DNA of 64,000 nucleotides from Isurus oxyrinchus (taxonomy: Eukaryota), in NCBI GenBank assembly GCA_026770705.1, contig JANJGN010000026.1:37386001-37450000 (forward strand), given 5' to 3'. The notes under the pieces were generated by a model, which saw only the letters and a list, made by a program, of their open reading frames with translations, had not been told where the DNA came from and did not search any database. This document shows positions 1 to 12,480 of this stretch, in pieces; the stretch's first letter is position 1, and every line of letters begins with the position of its first letter. The position numbers were made by a program, and so were the translations under genes.

Positions 1-1430
1 GCCTTGAAATTTTAATGACTCCTCCTCCATCGCTCCCTGGGGAAGAGAGTTCCAAAGTTATACGACCCTTTGAGAAAAAATAAAATCTCCTCATTTCCGT
101 CTGAAACGGGAGACCTCTTATTTTTAAACTGTGTTTCCTATCGTTAGTCTGTCCCCAAGGGGTAACATCCTTTCAGCATCCACCCTGTTAATTCCCCTCA
201 GGATCTTATATGTTTCAATGAAATCAGCTCTCATTCTTCTAAACTCCAATAGATACAGGCCCAGCCTATCCAAATTTCCACATAAGATAACCGACGACAC
301 CTCCCAGTATCATTTGAATGAACATTCTCTTAACAGCTTCTAATGCTTTTATATCCTTTCTTAAATGAGACCAAATCTGTACACAGTAATTCAGAAGAGG
401 TCTCATCGATGCCCCGTTAAACTGTAGCAAAATATCCTTCCATTTATATTCTATTCCCCTTGTAATAAATGCCAACACTCCCTTTGCCTTTCTCATTACT
501 TGCTGTTCCTGTATTATGACTTTTTGTGGTTCATACACCAAGGGATGCACATTCCTCTGACCCTGCAATCTCTCTCCCTTTCAATAATATGCTGCTTTTG
601 TATTCTTCCTGCCAAAGTGGACACATTTATATTTTCCCACATTATACTCCATCTGTCATTTTTTTGCCCACTCACTGAACCTATCGATTTCCCTTTGCTG
701 ACCCTTTATCCCCTCTTCACCATTTACTTTCTTATCTGTCTTTGTGTCATCAGCAAATTTAGCAAATTCATTCAGTCCTTTCATTCAAGTCATTGATATA
801 AATTGTAAATAGTTGAGGCTGCAGCATTGATCCCTGTGGCACTCCACTTGTCACATCTTGCCAACCTAAAATACCTAATTTATCTCTGCTCTCTGTTTCT
901 TGTTAGCTAACCAAACTTCTACCCATGCTGAAATGTTACTGCTGACATCATTATTTTGTGCAGTAACCTTTGATATGCCACTTTGTCAAATACCTTCTGG
1001 AAGCCCAAATACAGCACACCCACAGGTTCTCCTTTATTCATGTTCCTTGTTACTTATTCTAGAGGCCTCAAATAAGTCAACCAAACATGATTTTCCTTTC
1101 ACAAAATCATGACGGGTTTGCATAATTGCATTTGAATTTTATAAGTGACCCGTGATAGATTCCTTAATAATCGAATCCAGCATTTTTGCTTGGACAGATG
1201 TTAATCTAATTGGCCTATAGTTTCTTGCTTTCCCTTTCCCTCCTTTATTTAACATAAAAGCCTCATTCTCTATGTTCCAATCTGATGAGATCTTTCCAGA
1301 ATCTAGGCAAGTTTGGAAAATTAAAACCAATGCCTCTGCTATTTTAGTAACTACCTTGTTAAGGCCAAAATATTTGTCCAACTTCTCTGCACGTTTCCTT
1401 ATTTTCCTTTATTATGGGCTTGTCCAATCC
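1..1430 (-). mobile_element. CR1-like LINE 3' fragment
   Basis: RT-region remnants RNYRPIRLTS..KMLDSIIK (1139-1381) and RPLLNYCVQIWS.LRKDI.ALE (266-568). Confidence 0.85.
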
Positions 1431-1859
1431 GTGTCCAATGGCTGGATTCTGACCCTCCCCGAAGCCCCTTTATGTGGCCCCCGGAGCTGTTGTTCTACAG
1501 GCTGGTGAGGCGGGTAAGTGGAGTTGAAGATTTCTGTAAGGAGCAGCTCCTCCAATCACAGGCTGGTCTTCGACCCCGTTAGCTGCTGATAGGCTGATTA
1601 GCAGATCAGCAGTAAAAGTGGAAGACAAACGGGTTGTGATTGGAGGGGCAGTGAACACCCACTGGAGAAAGGCGCAGGGAGCCGGTGGGGGGGGAAATGC
1701 ACGGAGACATTGTCTCCCTTCTATCCCAGGCACTGAGTGCCTTTCTCCGGGAATGGAAAGGATTTCAGAAGGGGGAGAGACAATGAGGGAGAGAGTTAGA
1801 GAGAGTTAGAGAGAGTGGGGCCCAGGGCGTCTGATGCATCCGCTTGCGACTGCTTTCGC

Positions 1860-4270
1860 CCGGCTCTCCCTGCTATAGCCCAGCTCTCAGCCCTTTTCCC
1901 ACCCCCCGCCTCTCTGCACTTTCCCCTCCACCTCTCTGTCCTTTCTCCCCCAGCTCTCCGCACTTACTCCACGGCTTTATTCATTTTCACCTGGCTCTCT
2001 GACCTTTCCTCCAGCTTGCTGACATTTCCCCCTCAGCCCTTTCCCGCCCCCACCTCTCTGCCCTTCTCCCCCTCTGCCTCTCCGTTCTCCTGCCTCCCTG
2101 CCCTCTCCCCCACCGTCTCTCTGCCCTTTCACCCTCTCACCTCTCTGCCCTTTCCCCTTGCTGCCTCTCTGCACTTCCCACCCCCCGCTTCTCTGCCCTG
2201 CCGCTCTGCCCTTCCCCACCCACTGCTCTGCCCTTCACCCCCGCCTCTGTGCTCTTTCCCTTCTCCTCTCTACGCATTCCCACCCGCCTCTCTGCCCTTT
2301 TCCCCTCCTGCATTTTTGCCCTTTCCTCCTCCTCTATGCTCTTCCCCCCGCCACCTCTCTGCCCATTCCCACTCCCGCCTCACTGCCCTTTACGCCCATT
2401 GCCTCTCTGCCCTTTCCCCCTCCCACCTCTCTGCCCTTACCCCCCTCCCCACCTCTCTATCCTTTCTCCGTTACCTCTCTGCCCTTTCTCCCCCAGCTCT
2501 CTGCGTGCACTCCACTGCGCTCTGCGCTTTCGCCCGGCTCTCTGACCTTTTCCACTGGTTCATTGCCCGTTCCCCTGGCTCGCTGCCCTCTCCATCCTCT
2601 GCCTCTCTGCCCTTTCCTTCCCCCACCTCTCTGCCCTTTCCCCCTCTGCCTGTCTGCTCTCCCACCTCCTTGCCCTTTCCCCCACCTGCCCCTCTGCCCG
2701 TTCCCTCTCTGGACTTTCCCCCTCCCGCCTCTGAGCCCTTTCCCCCTCCTGCCTCTCTGCCCTTTCCCCATCCCGCCTCTCAGCCCATTCCCCCTCCCAC
2801 CTCTCTGCCCTTTCCCTCTCTGCCCTTTCTCCCTCCTGCCTCTCTGCCCTTTCCCTGCACCTCTCTGCCCTTTCCCCAGCTCATTGCCCTTTCCATCAAC
2901 TCTCTGCCCTCTCTCCCCCAGCTCTCTGTGTGCACTCCACTGCGCTCGGTGCTTTCATCTCTGACCTTTTCTAGTGGTTCATTGCCCATTCCCCTGGCTC
3001 GTTGCCCTCTCCATCCTCTGCCTCTCTGCCCTTTCCTGCCCCCCACCTCTCTGTCTTTAACCCCTCTGCCTCTCTGCCCACCCTCCTCTGTCTTTAACCC
3101 CTCTGCCTCTCTGCCCCCCCTCCTCTCTGTCTTTAACCCCTCTGCCTCTCTGCTCTGCCTCCTCTCTGCCCTTTTCCCCTCCCACCTCTCTGACTTTTCC
3201 CACCCGCCTCTCTGTCCTTACCCCCTGCCGCCTCTCTGTCCTTTCCCCCACCCACCTTGCTGCCCTTTCCCCTGCCACCTCTCTGCCGTTTCCCCTCATC
3301 TCTCTGCCCATCCCACCCCCCACTTCTTTGCCCTGTCACCCCTCTGCCTCTCTACCCTCCCGCCTCTCTGCCCTTTCCCCCTCCTGCCTCTCTGTGCTTC
3401 CCCCCCAACTCTCTGCCCTTCCCCTCCCGCCTCTCTGCCTTTTCACACCCAGCTCTCTACTCTTACTCCATGGCTTTCTGTGCTTTTGCCTGGCTCTCCG
3501 ACCTTTCCCACTTGCTCTCTGCCCATTCCCCAGCGCGCTGACCTTTCTGTTGCCTCTCTGCCCTTTCCATCACCTATCTGCTGGTCCCACAGCCCCCCCT
3601 CTTCTCTGCCCTCCTGCCTCTCCGCCCTTTCCCCCATGCACCTCTCTGCCCTTTCCCCTACTGCCTTTCTCCCCTCCCTCCTCTCTGCCCTTTTCCCTTC
3701 CCGCCGCTATGCCCTTTCCCCCCCTGCTTCTCTGCCCTTTCCACCTTCCACCTCTCTGCCCTTTCCCCCTCCCCACCTCTCTGCCCTTTCCCCCACGCGC
3801 CTCTCTGCCCTTTCCCCTACCGCCTTTCTCCCCTCCCTCCTCTATGCCCTTCCCCCCCGCCTCTATGCCCTTTCCCCCCCGCCTCTATGCCCTTTCCCCC
3901 CCGCCTCTCTGACCTTTCCCCCTCTCACCTCTATACCCTTTTCCACCCCACCTCTCTGCCCTTTCACTGGCTCGCTGACATTTCCCCGTGCTTGCTGACC
4001 TTTGCCCGAACCCGATGCACTTTCCGTTGGGTTCCTGCCCTTTTCCCCGTCTCTTTACCCTTCCCCCACAACACCCGCCCCACCCATGGCTCTCTGCCAT
4101 TTCCCTCGACTCCCTACCCTTTCCCCCAGGCCCTCCGAGCTTTCCCCCGCCTCCCTGCCCTTTCCAATGAAGCTCGTCGCTTCCTTCAGCTGTGCTCCAC
4201 TTTCTGGCACTGCTAGGCCTCAGGCCTCACTTCCAGGTCTCTCTTCTCTGCAGTTCCCGCCCTCCCACAC
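1860..4270. repeat. Pyrimidine-rich minisatellite, ~20-nt unit CCCGCCTCTCTGCCCTTTCCC (G-rich on minus strand)
   Basis: Continuous degenerate repeats, with a higher-order block (CCCAGCTCTC..ACTCCA..CTCTCTGACCTTT) recurring near 1930, 2490, 2920 and 3450. Confidence 0.95.
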
Positions 4271-4289
4271 ACCGATTTATGAAAAGTGA

Positions 4290-4860
4290 TCAAGTGAGTA
4301 AGCGTGTGCATGATTGACAAAATGAGGGTGGCTGAGTGACAGAGTGAGGGTGGGTGATTGAGTGAGTGAGGGTGCGTAGGTGAGTGAAGGTGTGAGTGAG
4401 GGTGGGTGGTGAGTGGGCGTGGGTAGGTGTCTGAATGTGGGTGAGTGAGGGTGGGTGATTGAATGAGGGCAGTCGAGTGGCTGAGTGAGGGTTGGTGGGT
4501 ATATGAGGGTGGGTATGTGAGTGAGGGTGAGTGGGTGTGTGATGGTGGGTGGATGAGTTATTGAGTGTCAGTGAAGGTAGGTGACTGAGGATGGGAGGGT
4601 GAGTGGGGGTAAGTGAGAAAGGGTGAGTGAGTGAAGATTAGAGTAATCGATAGTGAGTGATTGAGGGTGAATGAAGGTGGGTGAGTGGGTGAGGGTGAGT
4701 GAGAGTGAGTGAGGGTGGGTAAGGGAGTGAGATTAAGTGATGGTGAGTGAGTGAGGGTGGGTGACTGAGGGTGATTGAGTGAGTGTGAGTGAGGATGAGT
4801 GAGTGAGGGTGAGTGAGTGATAGTGAGTGAGGGTGAGTGATTGTGAGTAGTGAGGTTGTC
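4290..4860. repeat. Degenerate GTGA/GAGGGTG simple repeat
   Basis: Visible repeated GTGAGTGAGGGTGG units. Confidence 0.9.
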
Positions 4861-5408
4861 CAGGTGCTGTAGGCTCATCAAGGTGATGTTTCTCTGGATG
4901 ATTTTCTGCTCCAGCTCAGCTTTCCATTGCCTGTTGCCGAGCTGGGGGCTCCTCCATTCGGCTCCACCACCTCCACCTCCTCCTCTTCCTCTCTATAGAT
5001 CCTGTCTTGATTCTCCATGTTGATCAGCTTTCAGTAACACTGGCTGTGTAAAGTCAGGCAGCAGTGTAGATCGCTGACCAGCTGCCAATTCCTTTCTTTG
5101 AGAAACCCGTGTCAGTGCACGAATAGGCAGACTGAGGGGGCTGGAGGGGAAGGTTACAACAAAACCAGGATGGGCCGTGCATGCATCTTGCACCAAGTGT
5201 GCACCAGTATTGGGGATCCAGGCGGCCGTGGTCTCCTTCACATCCCTCCCTCTTTCTTGTTTCTTTGCATTTGGTTCAACATTTGGAAATTCTCCACATA
5301 TATAGTGATGTCACCTGCGTAAATTCATTTTACCCAAAAATGCATCAGAAATGGAACAAAGAACATGCCTGCAGCTTAACGGATTTTCTTTCCAAAATTA
5401 GCATATTC

Positions 5409-5568
5409 NNNNNNNNNNNNNNNNNNNNNNNNNNNNNNNNNNNNNNNNNNNNNNNNNNNNNNNNNNNNNNNNNNNNNNNNNNNNNNNNNNNNNNNNNNNN
5501 NNNNNNNNNNNNNNNNNNNNNNNNNNNNNNNNNNNNNNNNNNNNNNNNNNNNNNNNNNNNNNNNNNNN
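5409..5568. other. Assembly gap (160 N)
   Basis: Run of N; true size and contiguity unknown. Confidence 1.
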
Positions 5569-6028
5569 GGGAGTATAAGTGTGAAAGTGTCTGAGATAGA
5601 GAAATGTGTGTGCGAGAGAGAGAGCATGTGTGTGACAGAGAGAGCGACTGTGTGTATGTGAGAGAGAGTGTGCACAGGGGTGTGAGTGATATGTAGTATA
5701 AGTGTATGAGACAGAGAGTGTGTGTGTGGGAGAGAACGAATGTGTGAAAGAGAGAGCCAGTGTGCGTCAGAGAAAGAGAGTGTGTGTGAGAGACAGACAG
5801 AATGAGACAGAGTGCGTGTGTGTGAGGAACAGTGTTTGTATGTGTGAGAGGGAATATGTTTGTGATTCTGTGTGCATGAGAGAGAGAGAGAGAATGAGGA
5901 TGTGTATGTGTGAGAGAGTGTTATGTTTCTGTGTGTGAGAGAGGGGGGAGAATTGAGAGTGTGTATGTGTGTGGGAGAGAGGGTGCATGTATGTGAGGGA
6001 GTGGGTGTGTGTAAAAGAGAGAGAGAGA

Positions 6029-6060
<32 letters not shown>

Positions 6061-6590
6061 ATGAGGATGTGTGTGTGTGTGAGAGAGAGTGTTATGTGTC
6101 TATGTATGAGAGAGGGGGAGTATTGAGAGTGTGCATGTGTGTGGTAGAGAAGGTGCATGTATGTGAGATAGAGTGGGTGTGCTTAAAGCAGAGAGAGCTT
6201 GTGCGTGTGTGTGTGTGAGAGAGAGAATGCATGTGTGAGAGTGCATGTGTGAAAAAGAAAGAGTGCATGTATGTGTGAGGGAGATAGTGTGCACATGTGT
6301 GCACAGTTCAGAGAATATGTGTTTGAGAGAATGTGAGTGTCTGTGTGAGAGTGTTTATGAAAGAGAGGCAATGTGTGAGAGATAGAGTGTGTGCGTGTTA
6401 AGGGGAGTTTGTGTGTGTGTGAGAGAGAGTGTAAGTGTGTGTATGTGTGACAGAGAGAGAAAGAGAGGGTGTATGTCTGTCAGAGAGAGTGCATGAGAGA
6501 GTGTGTGCACGTGTGAGAGAGAGCGTGTGTGACAAAGAGAGTGAGCGAGTGAGGGTGTGTGGTAAAGAGACTGAGTGTGCCGAGGTAGAT
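5569..6590. repeat. Degenerate (TG)n/(AG)n compound microsatellite
   Basis: Alternating GTGTGT and GAGAGA tracts. Confidence 0.92.
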
Positions 6591-7399
6591 CAGCCATGAC
6601 CTTACTGAATGGAGGGCAGGATCGAAGGGCCGAATGTCCTCCTCATGCTTCCATTTCTGTCATTCATTCCTCCCCCTGCAGGCGGCAATCCAATGACTCA
6701 GTTTTTGATGGCGTCTCCTTTTCCCCAAATCCCCCACGGCTGGTTATTTGGAGCGGGAGTCTGGTCATTATCCATTTCAATCATTTAAATAACTCTCAGC
6801 CTCTGATCAGATCAGAACAGGCACTGCTCTCTGGAGCCTCACTGTCACTCCCTGATTCTGTTTGTTCTGAAATTGTGCTCAAGTTCAGCTCACTCACGTT
6901 CAAGGACTTTCTGATACTCAAAATGCTTAAACATAATTAATTTATTAAAATTTATACATGTTCTCTGCAGAAATATTGTTAAAAACAATTAATGTGCATC
7001 ATTTCAGCCGAGCAATGGAACAATTTATTTTCACAGATCTGACCTGAGAACTCACAGCCAGTTAGTTCGATGCTGATTCAGTTTGTTTGACCTCTGCGGG
7101 GAGAAGACTCCCAGGTAAGGAACAGGACAAGTTAAAATATGGATTAAAGCCCCCACTCCTCCCCCAGTACACCCTTGTCATCAGCTGCAATGGCGGGATT
7201 CAACAGAAAGCCAACTCTCCACTGAACTGTCAAACTCCGGGTCAGGTACAGCACTGGTTTGATATAAAATAAAACTCTCTCTACATTGTCCCATCAAATA
7301 TGCCCAGGAGAGGGTTCAATCCCTTTTTGATATAAGTGCTGTGCCGCAGGAGCCGGTCAGAGGCTGGGAATTCTGTGGCAAGTAATTCCACTCCTATCG

Positions 7400-7910
7400 C
7401 CAAAAGAAAACTGACCATCTGCAAGGCACAAGTCAGGACTGGGACTGAATAGTTTCCACTTGCCTCAATGTGTGAAACTTCAAAAAAACCCAAGAAACTC
7501 GATATTATCCAGGACAAAGCAGCCCACAGAATTGGTACCCCATCCACTACCTGAAACATTCACTCCCTCCCCCACCGACGCACAGTGACAGCAGTGTGTG
7601 CCATATACAAGATGCAATGCAGCAACTCGCCAAGTCTCCTTTAGAACCCGCAACTTCTCCTAACTAGAAGGAGAAGGACAGCAGGTGTTTGGAAACACCG
7701 CCACCTGTATGTTCCCCTCCAAGACACTGAACATCCTGAATTGGAACCATATCACCATTCCTTCAATGTCAATGGGTCAAAATCCTGGAACTCCCGACCT
7801 AACAGAACTGTGAATGTACCTGCAGCTACTCAAGGAGGTGGCATTTCAACACTTCCTCAAGGGGTACTTAGGATGGGCAACAAATGCTGGCCTTACCAGC
7901 GACCCCAACA
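7400..7910 (+). mobile_element. LINE (L2-like) 3' fragment
   Basis: Looks like a decayed RT C-terminus and 3' tail; same family as the pieces at ~16000-16390, 45130-45530 and 59130-59720. Family assignment is by eye. Confidence 0.55.
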
Positions 7911-10900
7911 TCCTATGATAGGATTAAAAAAAGATACAGGTTAATTTCTCCCTTCGCATTGTCCAACCAAATAGGTCAAGATTTAAAACTGGATAAAACT
8001 CTCTCTGCATTGCCTAACCGAACACTCCCAAGACAGATACATCACTGGCTTAAAATCAACCAAATCTCCTTCGACAGTCTGTCTGTCATTTCTGAACTGT
8101 CCTTTCTGACTGTCACAATGGGTTGGGTATCTCATTTCTGACACGCCTGGTCAAAAAGTCAAACTTTCACATTTCTCACAAATACAAGTTTTGTGAAGAA
8201 ATAAATCAAATTGCACTTCCTGAAATCCAGCAGAGCGAAGCAGAAGGTTTATAACCAGTCAGGAAGATTCCTGGTCCCAGCACAGTGACCACGTGCACAG
8301 AAACAGAACAGAACAGGCACAAATGGTGCAACAAGCGAGTTCCCAGCAGATAGATCTGTTCAATCTGTCCATTTCACTCAAGCTGTTTGATTCTAATTGA
8401 TCAATGGTCAATTTGCTACAATTATTCTATGACTTCTTCGAAATGAAAAATGATTTTCATTTCAAAATTCCCTTTGAAGTCCATCTAATTCTCCGTCTGA
8501 CTCAAATCTCCAAACAATGTGAGATTTAAGTTACCCTGAAAATGAGCACAGCAAATACTACAGATTCAGGATAATTAGTTGTCCGTAAAAAAGACTCAAT
8601 GACAGGGTAAGAATTAAACAAATCAGGAAACATTCACATTGAAAACCGATTACCCACTAATTTGATTTGATTTTAGGTACAAATATAACCAATAAAAACA
8701 TCAAGACGAAACACCTTATCGAGCTGAACACAGCTGAGTAAGAAAAGTATTCTTTTCTAAATTCATTTTGGATACAATTCAAAATTCTCTCCACCCTTTG
8801 AGATTTTGCATTCACTATAATGTCCAGTACACTATTTAATTGTTGGAGTTCATTTATGTTGAATTGATTATCACTATTATTATATTGTAAGTTAATTATC
8901 TTGTTATTGTCAATTCATTTTCTTGTTAGCTGATTTCTACTTTATAATGAAAATAGTTTTCAATAATTGAAAATGTGTTTCTCCCTGGTACTTTGTCAAA
9001 TAATTGTGGTTTATTTAAATCAACCTGACACTGAAACAATGTTGAACAATAAACTTCAAATTACTAGATGGTAACATTCAGGCAAGTATATCAATTTTAC
9101 TTAAATCTGATCAATATTTACTACTTTATTTTTACTTCTCCTGCTCTGTTTAACGGACAAAATTGTAAACTATGTGTTTCTGAACGGATTGAGAAATCAT
9201 AAATTCCATCTATTCTCATCAATTAATTCACACTACAAATTTATGAGTTGAATATTTGAAACACTTTCAAATCTGGCCGGGGTCACATCACATTAACTGT
9301 CTATGAGGTGTAATATCATCTGTTTGCTGAATCAAACTTGCCTTAACTCCAAGCTATATGTAAACAAGTGTTCCTGGCAGTTACTTATTATCAATAAAAG
9401 TGCTTCCTAGATAACAATCCCTATAATTTAATTGTTAAATATATTGTTCACTGAAATAAGATCCAAATTGATCAGTACAATTTGATGAGAATAATTCATT
9501 CAGATCATCTGCGCCACTGAAATGTAACCGGCAAATTGATTCCAGATATTGTTCTTCAATTTAATATTTAAAAAGAATTAAGCATGAATCTCAGATATAA
9601 TCTGTTCTTCTCCTATAATTCTATCCTGTGTACAGCACAGCTATGGCAGATAGAATGTTGTTATTAAGTTCAAAACTAATACTAATATTTGCCATTAAAT
9701 TAATCTGTTCGAGTTTCAAGCTTTTACTTGTCAGTCTCTATTCATATGTGGTCTGCACCTTCCTACAGTTCAAAAAATGTAAGAACAATTCTTTTACTGC
9801 CAGCGAATTAAACCCCCCACTAAACTGTTTAAAATTAGATAAGTGACAATTCTGTCGCTTTCCAAATCCCAATGACATTGAAGGAATAATATGGTTACGG
9901 CTGCACAGAAAGAATGTAATAACAGAATAGACAGACTGCCAAACTGCAATATCAAATTCCTCTTTAAGTCAATGCAAATGTTATCATGGACATAAAAAAA
10001 GTAATTCAAAATCTCTTTTGAAACTCAACAATTCTGTAGAATCAGTATATTCTTACTGAAATTTTTTCATGTATAATCACAAAATGTTTCCATCCTAAAA
10101 ACTTTTCCGATCATGTTAATTGTGCGCAGAGCACAGCAGAATTGTGAAAGGCGATTAATGATCAATTAGGTTAATATGAAAAATGTTCCGTCAATATGGA
10201 GAAATATTACCGCATTATAATTGTTTGAATAGTATTAATTTTACTCTACAATTTGAAAACTTGGTAATTGTATAGTTTCTGATTGCAGTAACGAATTATG
10301 TTCTGAATGAGCGTCATAATCCATGGTTTAGTTTAATCTGCAATTACCACTTAAAATAAAGACAAAATGTTCTAACACATCTTTAAATGTTTTTTTTACC
10401 AATTTCTGAAGCCTGTTTGTTTTCTGCCTACAATCGCGCTTCAAGCAGATACAAACGCGGAGGCTGCTTCGATTCGATCGCAAAACGTGTAACCGCTCAA
10501 TATCACCTAGTTTAAACAAAGCAGAAACGATGCAGAACCGCCAAACCGTTTCATAAATTCTACTTGTTCAAAGTCACCCAGGCACACAATCTCCTCAGCA
10601 GAAAACAACAAAATCACATCACTGAGGGGCTTAAATCCGTTCCATGGAGAAGCCGCTCAATTCTACAAACACTTCCAACAGAATCCAATGTAACATTGCA
10701 AGAAAATCTCAATATCGAATCCAGACAACCCGCTCGTCACCAAATGAATGAATAATTAAACTAAACAGAAATATGGAATAATGTCAAAAGCATTGCGAGT
10801 AGGCGGAACATGTTCAATAAATTAACATTGAAACAAGCATATTTTGTTAATATTGGGTTTGATTTCAAACCTATTTAAACCGTTGTGCAGTACACGGTAA

Positions 10901-11236
10901 AACCCGCAGCGATTAGATGTCACCGAGATTAAACATTGCAGAAACGTCAAACTGTTTTTACAAATGTTAGATATTTCAAGTAGCCCGGCCACACAGTATC
11001 TTCAGCAGATAAACACAAAATCACAACAACCAGGGTCTCAATCTCTCAGCAGCACTTTTCATCAAGACACAGCGGAATTATATAATTCAATTTCAGCAGA
11101 ATCACATGACACATTGTAAAACATTCTGCATACAGAATCCACCAAACCCAGGTTTCATTGGCTAAATGAATTATTAAAATAGACAAAAAAGCAAAGACTC
11201 AAATAAAACATGACTAAATAAATGTGTGGTTCTTAC

Positions 11237-11284
11237 CGGCAGTCACCGTCATCATGGTCCCTTTCCCCCAGTAGCCTATAGCGT
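11237..11284 (-). CDS. IGHJ: IgH J segment (AIGYWGKGTMMTVTA) with 5' 23-RSS at 11285-11323
   Basis: WGxG motif, phase-1 donor GTAAG at 11236; plus strand CACAGTG(11285-91), 23 nt, ACAATAACT(11315-23). Confidence 0.95.
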
Positions 11285-11652
11285 CACAGTGTTACATTCC
11301 CTGGGCTGTGCCATACAATAACTGTCCCTGCACCAAAAAAACAGAAATCCACCATTATTTTAAATATTCATAAGCCAGAGGCAAAGTAAGATCACGATGA
11401 ATCTTCACGAAATTATATTTGCTTTTGTGGATATCTTTAGCTATTCATCAATGATCCTCATGTTTTATAATTCACAGAATAACGCATGAACATGTTATTG
11501 AATTCACCAACTGATGAATGGATAATTATCACGGCTTTTCCATCTTAAACCACGTTTTTTGGGCAGTGCTGGACAGAAATAATACTTCATTGTAAATATA
11601 GCAGGATTGTAAAAGCGAGCACTGACCCAGGCAGACTCAATTAGTGCTGAGG

Positions 11653-11721
11653 GGTTTTTGCATTGTCAGTAACTGCTGTGCCATCCAGTATATCACAGTG
11701 AGAGACACCATGTCAAATACT
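11653..11721 (-). other. IGHD: IgH D2 segment (13-nt core ATATACTGGATGG, 11693-11681) with 12/12 RSS
   Basis: Plus strand: GGTTTTTGC(11653-61), 12 nt, TGCTGTG(11674-80), core, CACAGTG(11694-700), 12 nt, TCAAATACT(11713-21). Confidence 0.93.
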
Positions 11722-12036
11722 GTGGCAGACTGTTAACTGTAAATACAGAGATTTAATCTCACTGCGCTCTCAAAAACCAGATTCCGACACGCCTAAGAGT
11801 GAATCAGTGAGATATTTCAGCTTGTGCTGAAATTTATATTTATATTTATAAATGTGATTGGAGTTCTTTAAAGCCTCTGTGAAGATTTAGCGTGTCCGTA
11901 AACACAAACAAAGCGGAAGACTTTTATATATTTTTACAAACCAATATTACTTATACCCATTATTTTATTTAGCTCCCATTTTCTTTGACGTTTCCTGTTG
12001 TGATCGTGATCACCAATTTGAACAAACTCCTTCTGA

Positions 12037-12119
12037 GGTTTTTGTATGAGGATGTCGCTGTGCACAGCACTGTGACTCGCTGCTGTGGTATCACGGTGAA
12101 ATAGAACCGCACAAAAACT
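12037..12119 (-). other. IGHD: IgH D1 segment (17-nt core ATACCACAGCAGCGAGT, 12091-12075) with 5' 12-RSS and 3' 22-RSS
   Basis: Plus strand: GGTTTTTGT(12037-45), 22 nt, CACTGTG(12068-74), core, CACGGTG(12092-98), 12 nt, ACAAAAACT(12111-19). Matches the shark IgM D1 12/22 arrangement. Confidence 0.95.
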
Positions 12120-12480
12120 TCACCCACTCTCTATTCAGTGCCGCCTCTCAATATTCACTTCAAATAGATGTTTACCTCTGATCTAGTTTAGTATTTATGC
12201 AGCAATTTACAAAATTCAATGAACAGTGATCCCCTCCAAGTATTAAAATGAACATTATATCCAGGTCTGTAATTGTGGAAACTGTTAACAGTAAATATAA
12301 ACACAGCCAAAAGCTCAGCTCATTATATCAATTGGTTTGTTAGGTTTTTCTGCTAACTTTGCTGTCTTAGTTTTGTCAGAAGCGGCTTGTTGTCGGCTTC
12401 TGATCATTACAGTTAATATCACATTTAAAACAAGTACTTACCGTCAGGTTACGATGGAAGTTATTGAGTTTCTCTCAATC

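Noticed and set aside
1815-3998. 727-aa Pro/Leu/Ser-rich ORF and overlapping Gly/Arg-rich antisense ORFs
   Set aside because: Translation of a C/T-rich minisatellite that lacks stop codons; open in several frames with no domain structure.
4870-5260. Non-repetitive segment with a Glu-rich minus-strand frame (constant or TM exon?)
   Set aside because: No Ig C1 or TM motifs; probably transposon-derived but unassignable.
5376-6597. His/Thr/Leu- and Cys/Val-rich ORFs (also 4558-4881 and 29452-29812)
   Set aside because: Translations of CA/TG/GA microsatellites.
8281-8310. Perfect heptamer CACAGTG
   Set aside because: The best nonamer-like sequence is at a 9-nt spacing; no adjacent D or J.
9972-9979. 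Perfect octamer ATGCAAAT 1.3 kb downstream of JH (others at 18311 and 18812)
   Set aside because: Isolated 8-mers in AT-rich DNA are expected by chance; one lies in a SINE tail.
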